DNA from: Mayamaea pseudoterrestris
Taxonomy: Eukaryota
Length of the DNA stretch: 64,000 nt
Reading direction: 5' to 3'
NCBI GenBank assembly: GCA_027923505.1
Contig: BROI01000005.1
Span: forward strand, 1,116,001-1,180,000
Positions 9,523 to 20,856 of the stretch are shown piece after piece. The position numbers and the translations under genes are program-made. Positions within the stretch are counted from its first letter, which is position 1; each line of letters begins with the position of its first letter. The notes below the pieces were generated by a model, which made no database searches, was not told the origin of the DNA, and saw nothing but the letters and a program-made list of their open reading frames with translations.

Positions 9523-12006
9523 TTATCGCGGTGTCCAAGTCTTTATTCTAGTTGCCATAACTTGCGGCAAACTCGGCTTAGTATTCAACATTCCTTTCAA
9601 GTAATTACTTTGAGTGACATGTCTCTGACCACCTTTCACGGCCTCAACTGTTGCTTCACGACATAATGCGACAATATCAGCACCGCTAAATCCCTCTGTT
9701 CTACTCGCCAGCAAATTGCAGAAACCATGAATTCCTTCATCGTCCGCCACATCATGCCGCATCTGCGCAATCGACAAATGCAATATAGCAACTCGCTCTT
9801 CTAATGAGGGTACTGAAACATAGACGGTTCTGTCGAATCGACCTGATCGAAAGAAAGCTTGATCTACCATCCAAGGCGTGTTCGTAGCTGCAAGAACTAG
9901 AATCCGATCGTCCAGATTGTGAGCAAAATCTTTCTGCACTTTGCTATCCAGGTCCTGCCATTGATTAAGGTCGTCCATGCATTGTAACAAAGTACTGGAC
10001 AGACGGCCACTACCAGCCCGACTTCGATCAACAAAGAGGGCTTGAAACTCGTCAACAAATATTACCGCGGGTGCGTTTGCTCTTGCCGTTTCAAATGCAG
10101 AGGTTAGCACCTTTTCGCCAGAACCAACTTCACTGTTAATAATATCCTGGCTACTGATAGAAACAAACGCGCCACCCGGCACAGACGTACTTCGCGCGCA
10201 CAATATTCTTGCCACAGCTTTTGCCAGTAGTGTCTTGCCGGTGCCGGGAGGTCCATAAAGTAGTACACCGACCGGTGGTATAAGACCGAATCGGAGAAAT
10301 GTTTGTCGCTTGGTATCATCCAGAAGTAATGACTCGCTAAGTGTCGTTTTGGCGTCTTCGTTCCCTCCCACTGAAGCGAACCATTCATTAGATTGTTCGG
10401 CTGAGAACTTCACTCTCAACCCAGAGAGAGAACCCACATCGCCGTTTTGCAGGGTAGCAAGGACCGATGCAAAGTCAGACAACGTGATAGCTCGCTTAAA
10501 ACGAGCAAGCCTCATGGCAATGTCATGGAAAGTCCGGCCTTGTACCCAAACTGCCGATGCAGCCAAGAATGGCAAGCGACACTCCATGTCCGGGTCAAGC
10601 TGAAGCGAGCGCACTTTAAACGCGTTTCGAAGAGCCGACAAACGACAAGCAGCCGACAACGACGGTAGTCGGAATATCCCGGCCTGCATGGAAGCAAACA
10701 TTGGGTCATTCGACATGATCGTCTTCGGACCTCTTGTCGACGACCTGCCATTGTCGAAGCAAGTGACTATGCCAATAATGCAAAGTCGCACTGTAAGCAA
10801 CGTTCCGCCCTTGCCGGTGAAGTTGTACGTTAGATTGTTAAAAGGAAATGGTAGATGTGAAGTGACCTTGAGGCTACGCGAGAGTTTCTTTATAGATGAA
10901 GCAATGCCGCCCATCACTGGAGACGCTGCGTCGCCATTGTATGACATTGATGAAGGTAACATTGCGTCCAGTCGGTCGAGAATGATGCAAACTCCTTCAT
11001 TTCGAACGGCCGCAGCTACTGCCACCATATGAATAATGGCTTCTAACGCTGCGTCCGCTTGAGTCCCGTACTTTGCTAAAAGAGGTCCTAGTTGCAGAAC
11101 ATGGACGCGCGCGCACCCATTTCGACGCGCCAACATCGATACGAGTCGCGTCTTGCCGTGGCCATGGTGCGGTGAATGTACAGTTAGGCACTTCTCAGAA
11201 AACAACTCCTTAATTGACGTCTGGTTCCTGTGCATCTCTTCTAGCTGGTGATTGTTGCGTGTATACACCACAACAGCTTGCCTCATGGCTACTTGTCTCC
11301 GTCCATTAAGTTTGTGCAGTTGAATTGCATCCTCCGTCAATCCAACCCGGACAGGCTGAGCGAGTATTCTTACCAGACGCTGCTCCAACTGACTGATACT
11401 CTTCAAATCATGGCTATGTAAAACTTCTTCATTCAGTAACGTAGATCCATGACGCATGGGTGTTTCGCCGGTAAGCATGGACATGGGCGAATCGCCAAGC
11501 CAGATACGGACCATGGTGGCCGGTGTAATAATTGCTCGCGCTTGCCATCGCGTTTTGCCGGAACGCGTTTCTCTCATCGCAAAGCCACGGCAAGCACAGG
11601 CGACAAGGTGATTTCGATGAGGATTATCGGAACGCAGAAAGATGAGGTTGTCGGTTGTTGTAACTGGGGACGAGTGCAGCATTTGCGCGTGGTCGGCGGC
11701 AGGACACGAATGCGGATCTTGGAAGACGACACCTTGGGACAGATTCGATGTTGATCCTAAATGATCGCTGGACACTGTATTCTCCCATTGAATATAAAGG
11801 CCATTTTTATGCGGATGTTGATGCGACAAAAGCGAAAGCTGAAGCTTGACGAGGGCCGGTGATAATGCCAAGTGCAATGGATGTGAATGTGAATCATCAT
11901 TTTTGTCGTCGCTCCTATCAGTGGTCATGTATTGCAAAGGGCTAATTTCGACGTATACAAGGAAAGCATCATCAAACGCTCTTTCTGGACATCCATTCAA
12001 GGTCAT
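9523..12006 (-). CDS. CDC48/AFG2(SPATA5)-like double-ring AAA+ ATPase; first AAA module degenerate
   Basis: D2 is intact: VGGNEDAK, GVLLYGPPGTGKTLLAKAVA, IFVDEFQ, LAATNTPWMVDQAFFRSGRFDR, GFSGADI. D1 remnant: SPHHGHGKT and CIILDRLD. Confidence 0.85.
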   Translation of the reverse strand: MTLNGCPERAFDDAFLVYVEISPLQYMTTDRSDDKNDDSHSHPLHLALSPALVKLQLSLLSHQHPHKNGLYIQWENTVSSDHLGSTSNLSQGVVFQDPHSCPAADHAQMLHSSPVTTTDNLIFLRSDNPHRNHLVACACRGFAMRETRSGKTRWQARAIITPATMVRIWLGDSPMSMLTGETPMRHGSTLLNEEVLHSHDLKSISQLEQRLVRILAQPVRVGLTEDAIQLHKLNGRRQVAMRQAVVVYTRNNHQLEEMHRNQTSIKELFSEKCLTVHSPHHGHGKTRLVSMLARRNGCARVHVLQLGPLLAKYGTQADAALEAIIHMVAVAAAVRNEGVCIILDRLDAMLPSSMSYNGDAASPVMGGIASSIKKLSRSLKVTSHLPFPFNNLTYNFTGKGGTLLTVRLCIIGIVTCFDNGRSSTRGPKTIMSNDPMFASMQAGIFRLPSLSAACRLSALRNAFKVRSLQLDPDMECRLPFLAASAVWVQGRTFHDIAMRLARFKRAITLSDFASVLATLQNGDVGSLSGLRVKFSAEQSNEWFASVGGNEDAKTTLSESLLLDDTKRQTFLRFGLIPPVGVLLYGPPGTGKTLLAKAVARILCARSTSVPGGAFVSISSQDIINSEVGSGEKVLTSAFETARANAPAVIFVDEFQALFVDRSRAGSGRLSSTLLQCMDDLNQWQDLDSKVQKDFAHNLDDRILVLAATNTPWMVDQAFFRSGRFDRTVYVSVPSLEERVAILHLSIAQMRHDVADDEGIHGFCNLLASRTEGFSGADIVALCREATVEAVKGGQRHVTQSNYLKGMLNTKPSLPQVMATRIKTWTPR

Positions 12007-12374
12007 CGTTCAGCTGCCTTCCAGCAGAGAGTACGACGTCTTGCAAAGATCGTTAGACTGACTGTGAACCTCATGGTGGTGAAGTTCGACATTATTATTT
12101 CACTCACAAACCATGTCCTACCGGTACGGTACTGTAGTTACGTAGTCAGGGTAGTATCACCATCTCAACATTATCTATTTGTGAGCCAAGCCTTCTAATG
12201 TAAAACGAATACAGTAGTCTTTGATAAATACTCGCGGTAAACCTATTCATACAGTCGTTAACAACTGCTACTAGTGCCAAGTGCTACCCGGAATACAAGA
12301 TTTTCAACACGCCGTTTTCACCAGCATTGCACATATAAATTGATTCATCGACAAGTATAAAAGGTCATGCAATC

Positions 12375-14324
12375 TCAACTAGGAGTCGAGTACTCCTCAT
12401 GTTTTTCATACAAGGCTGGACGAATTTGAACCAAACGCCACCCAGTCTTGTCAGTGATGCGTTCCTGGACCACCATAACGGGTGCACATTCCGAACTGTC
12501 AGAGTCAAGATCATCCTCCTTGTGTTTTCCCTTCTCACTCGACGAATCACTGCTTCGAACTTCCTGAAGGGATATTGTTTCAGTTGTCGTCGTGTGCACT
12601 TGGATCAATGGTTCGACCTCGCCAACGAGCGATTTTGGATACACGTCGAACGACCCGTGACACTTTATTGTAATGCTGGCCAAGCGGACAACAATCTCAA
12701 CGGATCCTGACCGCATAGGATGTCCCATCGCTGCGACGAAATGCGAAGGTACGACTTCAACGTTCTCGCCACCAAACAAGTCCCGCACGATGAAGTAGGC
12801 ATCGCCACCTGTACCCGTTCGACTCGCCGCCAAGAGGAGGCGCTTTGTAAGAAAGTCAACTGTCGACAGACGGAAGTTGCGGCGTCGGCGGCGCTCTGTC
12901 CCAGCTGGAGTCTCCTTTATAGCAGCGCCAATTAAACTCGCAATGGACGAAATGGAATCATCACCCGAAACACCACTAGTAAATTCACCCTCCGACTGCA
13001 CCTCCTCATGTTTATTGTGGCGCTCCTTTTTCTTATTCCTACCTATCTTGACAGGAAAGGACGTCAATGTCCGCGAGTTTAGAACTTGCGACAAGAGGGA
13101 CACCAAATCTTTGCGACTCTTAACGGGTGGCAACACATTGCCATTGACCGTAATAACCTCTCGCTGCAGATCTCGAAGTGCCTGCCGCAATGATTCCGTG
13201 TCATTCACTCGCTCTTCCAAGACTCTCATGTCTGGCGACACTTCAATGTGCGTCAATTCATGCCGGTATCCTTGACACACCTCAAGTAAGTGTCCAATGC
13301 TTCGAAACTCAATGTTTTTAAACGTGAATCGCATGTCCTTGTCAAGCGTGAGCGTTAACATGCGCTCCATCTCGCAGTCTGACACACAATTCTTCCAGTT
13401 GCTCTGCAAGTACTTGAGGTATTTCAAAATCATGGGTATCAAAAGACTATCGGCCGAGTTTTCGGGGCTCGAAAGAAAGGCTAGCGAGGCGAATGAACAC
13501 TTTTGCACATAGTCGGAACATAATCGACGTATCAAGTTATTCAAATCGTAGGAGAGTACCTGGACAGCAAGAAGCTCAAGTGTAAGACACCGCAGTAATC
13601 TATTTAATACAGGGCTTTGTTCCTGCACTGTGTCAACCGTATCGACAAAGGCGACGACAATGGATCTTGCTCGCGCTCTAAGTGCTCGCACCGGCTCAGC
13701 GGCCAGAACGCAGTCTTGGTTTTGAGACTTGCTCCTATACAGAGAGCGTATATAAAGCTCCAATCGCAAGGTCAATTCGTGGGCTGTGATTTGCGGAAGT
13801 CTTTTCGTCATGTTGCTCGTCGGACGGAGCATTGGCGACGTGTGCATCGCCGTCGTTTGTGGTCCCTTGACATTTTTAACAATGGTGTCTTGGTCGGAGG
13901 GAGTTGCAGTAGTACCCGCAACTGATAGCGATATTCCAGCAAGAAAAGCTTCCAATCTAGCTTTTTTGCGTCGTCCAAGTGCTTCAAAATCATTTTGGTT
14001 CACTTTGCTAAGATTCGGAAGACCGTCAATACCCCCACGGCCCGCTTCCTGCGCCATGTAATCTCGCCAATCCGATCCCTTTTTTTCTTCGCCCGTTGGC
14101 AAAGGTCGAGGCGGCGGCTTAGGTCCACTGATACTAGCATCGCTGCCACTTCTACTGCGAGTATGACATGAGAAAGCACTGTATTCGCTGTAGATAAAGA
14201 GCGTGACTGCTTCGACTGGCTTGCGTAGATGCGTTTGAACGTTGATAGAATGGAATTCGTAGGCGCTAATTGCCTCCGAGTAGCGAGCGACGATTTCTTG
14301 CGCAATTTCCTGGGCGCTTGGCAT
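12375..14324 (-). CDS. Hypothetical protein, 649 aa
   Basis: Long ATG-initiated ORF with globular composition; no family recognised. Confidence 0.75.
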   Translation of the reverse strand: MPSAQEIAQEIVARYSEAISAYEFHSINVQTHLRKPVEAVTLFIYSEYSAFSCHTRSRSGSDASISGPKPPPRPLPTGEEKKGSDWRDYMAQEAGRGGIDGLPNLSKVNQNDFEALGRRKKARLEAFLAGISLSVAGTTATPSDQDTIVKNVKGPQTTAMHTSPMLRPTSNMTKRLPQITAHELTLRLELYIRSLYRSKSQNQDCVLAAEPVRALRARARSIVVAFVDTVDTVQEQSPVLNRLLRCLTLELLAVQVLSYDLNNLIRRLCSDYVQKCSFASLAFLSSPENSADSLLIPMILKYLKYLQSNWKNCVSDCEMERMLTLTLDKDMRFTFKNIEFRSIGHLLEVCQGYRHELTHIEVSPDMRVLEERVNDTESLRQALRDLQREVITVNGNVLPPVKSRKDLVSLLSQVLNSRTLTSFPVKIGRNKKKERHNKHEEVQSEGEFTSGVSGDDSISSIASLIGAAIKETPAGTERRRRRNFRLSTVDFLTKRLLLAASRTGTGGDAYFIVRDLFGGENVEVVPSHFVAAMGHPMRSGSVEIVVRLASITIKCHGSFDVYPKSLVGEVEPLIQVHTTTTETISLQEVRSSDSSSEKGKHKEDDLDSDSSECAPVMVVQERITDKTGWRLVQIRPALYEKHEEYSTPS

Positions 14325-14735
14325 GTTGCTGCGATCCTTTATACTTTACAGGAGTATAGCTCTTAAATAGATAATAGCAGTTGAAAGAGTAGTTGTAAAC
14401 TGCAAGGCTGGTCGGTCAACAGCAGCAAATATAATAATCGCTGATCTGGATGGGACGAACCTCTTGCAAGGTTGATGCTTCGCGACGAGCCCGCCACGCG
14501 CGTAAATATCGGGGGCGTCATCTTGGCCTGTCCGTCGTTGAATCGTGGATTACGAATCCCCACAATGACGTCAACTACCGGCAGCACTGTACAAGTACGT
14601 ACGCGACAAGTACGGGAGCCGCGCTGCGACTTCGCGTCTTTGTGCCATGTGCCATTTCATTCGAATTTCGCTCGCGCCGTTCATTGTTGTCGTTTGCTTT
14701 TACAACAAGTCTTTCACATTCGGTGAAAAGAAAAC

Positions 14736-15473
14736 ATGACCTCTCTAGCTGTATCCCTTGGCGATGCCCTTGCAAAAGAAGGCTGTTTGAAGGTGCATAC
14801 TCTTAAAGATTGCCATCCGGAACGTCTCACGGAACAATCGCTACAAAGCCTCCACATTTCCTTGGTGGTTTCACAGCTTTCGGATGCGAGTGTTTGGGTG
14901 CCTATGGATTTAGCCGCCTTTGTTCCTGCTTTGTCGGACCACGCGAGTGTATCGGTGTGCGTTATAAACGCAACTACTACGCAGAACACCACTACTTTTC
15001 AGCCTATTCACACTGCGTTCTTGCTTGCCGGATTAAGGCAGACGATGGAGACTAAACGAGCCGACGGCAGCATCACGTGGACGGCGAACAAGGCACCATC
15101 GGATGCAACTAAGAATGCTGTGCGTTTGCAAAGTATTTTAAACTTTGATGGAAATGCCGACGAGATTGACGAGGACGACTTACTGAACTCCAACACTCTA
15201 CTCGCACCTCCGCCTACCATGCGCACTAAAGTTAAGGGAGGTGATATAGATGATTGCGGTGGTCGAGCACCTTGTGAGAATTGTAGCTGCGGTCGGGCTG
15301 CTATGTATAACAGCGAGGAGAAGGACAAAGCTGCAGGGGCGAGCTCGGCGTGTGGTAAATGTTCGCTGGGAGATGCATTTCGTTGCGCCTCGTGTCCACA
15401 TTTGGGCAAGCCTGCTTGGAAGCCAGGCGAGGAGAATTTGGTGCTCAAACTTGATTTGCAGGATGATTTTTGA
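14736..15473 (+). CDS. DRE2: Anamorsin/DRE2 (CIAPIN1), cytosolic Fe-S assembly electron-transfer protein
   Basis: Acidic linker IDEDDLL, then [15 protein letters not shown] and [30 protein letters not shown], the two diagnostic Cys motifs. Confidence 0.95.
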   Translation: MTSLAVSLGDALAKEGCLKVHTLKDCHPERLTEQSLQSLHISLVVSQLSDASVWVPMDLAAFVPALSDHASVSVCVINATTTQNTTTFQPIHTAFLLAGLRQTMETKRADGSITWTANKAPSDATKNAVRLQSILNFDGNADEIDEDDLLNSNTLLAPPPTMRTKVKGGDIDDCGGRAPCENCSCGRAAMYNSEEKDKAAGASSACGKCSLGDAFRCASCPHLGKPAWKPGEENLVLKLDLQDDF

Positions 15474-15828
15474 GAAATCGGGAACGAGGATGACGACCGG
15501 CAGGAAGTATGCGACGGGAGCCTTTTGCTAGTTTATGTCTTTATTATAAAATGGCGCGTCCAGTGTGCTCTGTCTAGCTCTATCGGTAAGTTTAGAATCT
15601 AAATACAAGTATATACGACTCTCAATAAGTAAGTCATATCAGTCGTCGGTTGGATAGCTTTTGCTTTGCAGTGATTAACTGGAAAGAGATGATGTCGCAC
15701 CACGACAGACAATAGTGAATGGCGCGGCGTTGGATGCATCCAATTCACAGTCAACATGATTGCTGCGTCGCTAGCGTAATTTCCACAACTGTAACACAAT
15801 CAAGTCCACGGCTCTTCTTATTAAAAGT

Positions 15829-16404
15829 ATGACAGCCGCAACCACACAACAATGTTTGCTTCGGCCACCAGAAGAAAGATTGAATTTTCCATTGCTTAAC
15901 GTTCCACGACGAGCGTGTCTTTTATTACTCATGCTGTTGCTTATCCAAACGATGGCCGACGATAGCATGTTTGGCGATCTGAACGATTCTCCGGAAGATG
16001 GGAAGACCATTATACCGTCGATGGCGCCATCAATATCAAATTCACGGAACCATGGCAATGGCAACAAGAATAAGCGAACGGACCGTCCAACCCCTTCCCC
16101 AACGATGAAAGGGAACAGGAATGACAATGGCAAGAAACAGAGACATCGCCCATCGAATTCTCCCACAGGGATGCCGACGGTACCATCACCTTCAGTCGCA
16201 AAAAGTTCCTCGTCTTCTTCCGCTTCTTGGTTCCTGTATTTATGCTTTATAGTCCTCGCAGCGTTAGGATCTTGGATTGCGTATGTGTACTGCAGCAAAA
16301 AGAGGGAGCTACGGATGCTTGATGAACGGAGTCGTGCCGCAGATCGAGTATTGGGAGACATGCAGATGCTACCTCAAGACGAGTATGACAACGAAATTAT
16401 CTAG
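15829..16404 (+). CDS. Small single-pass membrane protein with a PT/PS-rich ectodomain (start uncertain)
   Basis: Hydrophobic signal-like LLLLMLLLIQTMA, PTPSPT/PSNSPTGMPT repeats, TM segment WFLYLCFIVLAALGSWIAYVYC, basic stop-transfer SKKR. Confidence 0.65.
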   Translation: MTAATTQQCLLRPPEERLNFPLLNVPRRACLLLLMLLLIQTMADDSMFGDLNDSPEDGKTIIPSMAPSISNSRNHGNGNKNKRTDRPTPSPTMKGNRNDNGKKQRHRPSNSPTGMPTVPSPSVAKSSSSSSASWFLYLCFIVLAALGSWIAYVYCSKKRELRMLDERSRAADRVLGDMQMLPQDEYDNEII

Positions 16405-17284
16405 TCGACACTGTGTGTGGCATGCGTAATGCGGATGAGCAATCTAGAACAACATGGCTGCGTCCAACTTGACTCGGCGACGTATGGAGACAAAATGCGT
16501 ATGTACATCGGAAGTGTTATTATAAGTAACTGAATTCAGGTATAGATATCGTTATGTGCCTTTATGTCATGCACCTTTCCGCGATTAGCGAAAGCGCTTT
16601 CCAGAAATGGCAAGGCAGCTTTGTAGTCCAGTTGCACAATTAGATGTTAGGTCGTGCGTGCAGTTGCCTCAAGCATCATCTAACTACGAGTAACGTTAGG
16701 CATTCATTGCTGTGTCGTCGTTAACTAGGTCCCATTGCCTGAGTAGATCAACAAAGTGTATGTCAACGAAGAGGAATGCACTGCACCAGCCTTCGGTGAG
16801 CCAGTATCTTTCCAACGCCACAGGGGGTACGAGTAATAGCATTGTTGCGCGAACTTGTATCAGCCGTACTTTGCCACCTCTGGTTTCTAACAAGGTGATA
16901 ATGGACTGTTGGAGTGCAGTCGCCGCGTCATTGCCTTGCCTTTGAACCAATGAATGCTGCCTTTTCACTGCGCGGCCATATATAGCGGTAGTCGTCATTC
17001 AGTCCGTCGCTTCAAGCTTTACTATAAAAACCATGATATAGAATGGTAAAGTGTAAGCTCCAATAAGCATGCGTGCTAAGGAAATCTATCTGAGTTTGTA
17101 TGTATGGTGTATTATTGACAATGGCATGCGGTAAATAGCTAGCCAACTGGCAGGCAAGCGGACAAGCGGACAGACGGCGTCGCGGATCCAACCATTCGGC
17201 AACGCAGGAAGAACAAATCGCACGACAGCAACAAGTCGTGCTATAGGGTACAGTTTCATATAGAACCAAGAGGCGTTACCAAGC

Positions 17285-17789
17285 ATGGCGAAATCGATTC
17301 GATCAAAGATCAAGAGAAAGCACAGGGCCGAGTTTCGCGCCACTTATGGAACTGTATGTGACTAACCGTTTTGAGTGGCAACATCGGTTGATGGTTGATG
17401 TAATCTGAATTTGAGACTGATGGTTGCTCTTTCTCGTTATGCAGGTTGCATACGAAGCAAACATGGCGAACGTCAGCAAGAAGTTGCAAAAGTGTATAGA
17501 ACAGCAGTCAATGAGCGAGGATACGTATGAGAAGTTGAGCAACCTTCTTGGCTCGAATACTGCAGATGCACTAATCGAATATGATGTCAAGGCCGAGGAC
17601 TTGCCTGGAAATGATGTTAACGAAACTATCAAGTTACCTGTAGAAGGTCGAGGAGAAAATAGGGTTGTTTCTCGCATGACTCCAAGCAAACGATCCAAGC
17701 GAAGAAAGCACAAATTCGACACGACTACCGTCAAGGCGGGCAAGCAAGATTGCGAGCCGAGGAAACCTCGCTTCTTTTGTCAATTCTAA
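17285..17789 (+). CDS. LLPH: LLPH/LAPS18-like nucleolar protein; exons 17285-17353, 17445-17789
   Basis: N-terminus MAKSIRSKIKRKHRAEFR matches the MAKSxRSK signature. Phase-0 GT-AG intron 17354-17444 joins it to VAYEANMAN...; basic C-terminus. Confidence 0.75.
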
Positions 17790-18002
17790 TAAAGCATTAT
17801 CTTAGCTACGCTAAACCTATCAATATGTCGTTGTTAGCATTCCAATGCTATTGTCCACCAACACTAAAAGCTCGCGGGGAGATACAAAATCTACGACGTA
17901 CGTCTGTCGTTGCCGATAACGGTACGACATCATTTTGGGTCAAGCGAAAGAAGAGACGCGACGACCATTGTCAGCTTGCGCACGAGTAGTGGTTAACAGT
18001 AA

Positions 18003-18428
18003 ATGGAAGAAGTAGATCGAATCTCATTGGAAGTTACTTTATCTGCCGCTATGGGTGCATTAGCGGGGGTAGGGACTTCTCTTTATAAAGGAACGCCCAT
18101 GATACGGACTGTCGGCCGGACGTCGTTGAGCTGCGCCCTGACGGGAACAGCATGCTTTGGGGCGGAGCGATGTGCCGCTTTGGCTGCCAGAACTTTTTAT
18201 GAAAGAAATTATGATAGCAACGAATGGGGCGATGTGATGTTTTCTCATGCAATGGGAGGTTTGTTGGGAGGGTCGATTCTTGGGAGTTTGTACATTGGGA
18301 AGCCTGCGCATGGAGTCGTCTTTTTTGTGCCCCTCATGCTGCTTTTTGGGACTGGCAAAAAGTTATTTGTGGATGTTAGAGAGGAAGCAGTAAACCGGAT
18401 GACGCGTGATCGAGAGAAGCATAACTGA
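18003..18428 (+). CDS. Small multi-pass membrane protein, Tim17/Tim22/Pmp24-like
   Basis: 141 aa with about 4 Gly/Ala-rich hydrophobic helices (SAAMGALAGVG; HAMGGLLGGSILG). Family call is tentative. Confidence 0.55.
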   Translation: MEEVDRISLEVTLSAAMGALAGVGTSLYKGTPMIRTVGRTSLSCALTGTACFGAERCAALAARTFYERNYDSNEWGDVMFSHAMGGLLGGSILGSLYIGKPAHGVVFFVPLMLLFGTGKKLFVDVREEAVNRMTRDREKHN

Positions 18429-18753
18429 AGCAAAAAACGATTGTTCTGTTAACTTGGCCATGTGCTGTTTCCATGTATCATGTGTCTATGTACGTAGTTG
18501 TAGGCGATCGTATGTATATACAATTTATTCAAGCATGTTTACCTAGAGGTCGACAGACACATCCAGCACCGGACTGAATCCTTTCCCTTATTTGCATGAA
18601 AAACATTCACACGGGCCAAGGCTGCTTCAGCTTTTCCATCAACAGATCTCCGCCGTGCGTCGCTGACGCGAATCAGTTGAGACAGATGCTGCTTTTTCTG
18701 CCCTTTGTCTGGTAATGTAGCAGTTGCATCTTCGCGAGGGACTGCAGACTAAA

Positions 18754-20580
18754 CTAATCGTCCAAGTGGTCCTCAAAAGTATGTACCTTGCGCTTTCCCT
18801 TCTCGCGCTTGTTCTTCTCCTTCACTTCCTTAACAAGCTTGACCATATCCTTCAAAGGAAACGCCTGGTAAAAATCGGTCAAAGCCGATGCAGCACCTCT
18901 CAGAACATATGGCGGAGTCGAAATCGGATCAATTTCTTGTTCACGTCGCCAAAGAACCGGCTCGCAGGAAGGTTCAACGATTCGCTTGATGAGCGTTTGG
19001 AACCATGAGCGTGTAAGAGGATTTGGTACACATCCAGGAGTGAGAAAGTTGTCGGGCAACATCAAGGAATCAATTAAATCATCGGCAGCACTTGCTTCCG
19101 CGCGCTTGCTTTCATCGACGAAAGCGTCTAGCGGAAATAGATCCACGTTCAGATCCTGAACATCCCCACCATACGGCAATTGCATAAAGACCAAGTGAGT
19201 TGTGCTCGGGTGATCTGGTTCCGGGAACGGAAACAGACCGCCAAAGTATCCGGCCTTGTCCTTCTTCTTGTAAAAGGTAACCAGCGCGACCATTTCTTCG
19301 CGCGCTAAACATTCGGCCATGGCGGCAATTGCACTACATGATTTCCGCGACAACCCTCCAGTAATGAGGGTTGGAGGACCAATCATGTAGTGATCCGGGA
19401 CGCGGAATCGTTCCACGTAGCCGAGCAGCTCAATCCGAACAGGTTTTCCATTGAAGCCTAGCACACTGAGAATTCGTGCTTCATCATCATCATTCGTCAT
19501 GACGTTGGCTGTATTGTACGGATAGGCTCGGACGGTGTCCTCGACATCAAACAACTCGGGCAATGGCTTTCCCACGTCAGCCTGATAAGTAAAGTTATAT
19601 GTCCGAAGCACCGAGTCCAGCACGGGACGTCCAAATTCGTCCACCCTTGGCATCTCGTGCGCATCCTCCAACACAATCTTCTGCGTCATTCTTGGCAGAT
19701 CAAACTTGCGACTTAAAAGCATGTGCTTCGCATCAATATCAAATCCAGGAGCTAGTATGAAGTGATTCTTGTAAAGAATGGTGTTTGTCTTCTTCCAGCC
19801 TTTGTTCGCCTCCAACACATCGTGCAAGGTTGAGACCGCAATGACGCGCCCGCCCGTTTGCCCGGCCAAGCAAACTAGCGCATCCTCCTTCTCCTGCTTG
19901 TCCGAGTATACAGTTTCATTTCCAGCTTCGCCTATTTCAGTTTCCAACTTGACCTTGATGTCAGACAAGATACTTTCGGGGCGGTTGCAGAAGTCCGCCG
20001 ACGACTGAAAATCGAGTCCAAGCACCTCCAATGGACAATTCAAACTGATCAACGAAACAATGAGGTGATTGCGCTGCCATTCGTCAATTATAAAGTCATG
20101 GTCCGCGTCAGTGAGAACTATAATCTTGCGCTGAGCAGTCTTGTTAGTTTTTGTTTGTTGGTGCAATGCATCAGCCGCCACCATAATGCCGTCAATAACG
20201 TCTCCACGCGTCATGTCAACTTCCTCGAGCGTCATTGTGGACTCGACTTGAGCTACTTGTTTCAAGAATTCGAGGGAAGGCTTGTCGATGATATTGGAGA
20301 GTGAGGTGACATTTGGAAATGGAATTCCTTCCTCGTCGTCCTCAGCGCCATTGTTTTCGTCCCCAAATGTTGAGTCCTTATCTGAATACATATGATGATG
20401 GGTAACAGACGTCTTGCAGACAACGACGTTCGCTTTATTGTGGTTGGAATCGATGATGAGATCGCAGAGCATATTCTGCAAGGCCTCCTTCGCAACGTCG
20501 AGTCTCGTCTTGTTTCCTCCAATCGGATAGGGCGTATTCATGGACGGCGACGAATCAAGTACAAATACAACAATTTGCAT
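18754..20580 (-). CDS. KU80: Ku80 (NHEJ DNA end-binding; vWA + Ku core)
   Basis: vWA start VVFVLDSSPSM, GDVIDGIMVAADAL, RKIIVLTD, LVFMQLPYGGDVQ, AADDLIDSLML, PNPLTRSWFQTLIKR and FPLK are all Ku80 features. Confidence 0.88.
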   Translation of the reverse strand: MQIVVFVLDSSPSMNTPYPIGGNKTRLDVAKEALQNMLCDLIIDSNHNKANVVVCKTSVTHHHMYSDKDSTFGDENNGAEDDEEGIPFPNVTSLSNIIDKPSLEFLKQVAQVESTMTLEEVDMTRGDVIDGIMVAADALHQQTKTNKTAQRKIIVLTDADHDFIIDEWQRNHLIVSLISLNCPLEVLGLDFQSSADFCNRPESILSDIKVKLETEIGEAGNETVYSDKQEKEDALVCLAGQTGGRVIAVSTLHDVLEANKGWKKTNTILYKNHFILAPGFDIDAKHMLLSRKFDLPRMTQKIVLEDAHEMPRVDEFGRPVLDSVLRTYNFTYQADVGKPLPELFDVEDTVRAYPYNTANVMTNDDDEARILSVLGFNGKPVRIELLGYVERFRVPDHYMIGPPTLITGGLSRKSCSAIAAMAECLAREEMVALVTFYKKKDKAGYFGGLFPFPEPDHPSTTHLVFMQLPYGGDVQDLNVDLFPLDAFVDESKRAEASAADDLIDSLMLPDNFLTPGCVPNPLTRSWFQTLIKRIVEPSCEPVLWRREQEIDPISTPPYVLRGAASALTDFYQAFPLKDMVKLVKEVKEKNKREKGKRKVHTFEDHLDD

Positions 20581-20856
20581 GATTCAAATAAAACGATTAT
20601 GCTGAATTCGCAGCACAGAAAGAGCGTGTCCTAATAGCATTGACAAGAATTTACATCATGGTGAACATGGGGAACTTGTCCTTCATTCGCAGATGTCATG
20701 ACTGGAGTGATAAGTAGACCAGTTCTTTTCATTGTCGCTTTCATCTATTTTTTGCGGTTTCGACTTCTGCGTGCCATCCATTTCCTCACCTTTTACTTTG
20801 AGAAGCTTCGGCCAAGATCACTACTACGTAGTATACTCTGTAATACCGGTACCACC

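Noticed and set aside
16696..17269. Short minus-strand ORFs (100 and 85 aa) upstream of LLPH
   Set aside because: No recognisable motifs or convincing splice structure; probably non-coding, though a small gene cannot be excluded.
18540..18753. Possible extra Ku80 exon via a 45-nt intron
   Set aside because: The intron would be much shorter than the others in the window and the added peptide is short and unlike the Ku80 CTD.
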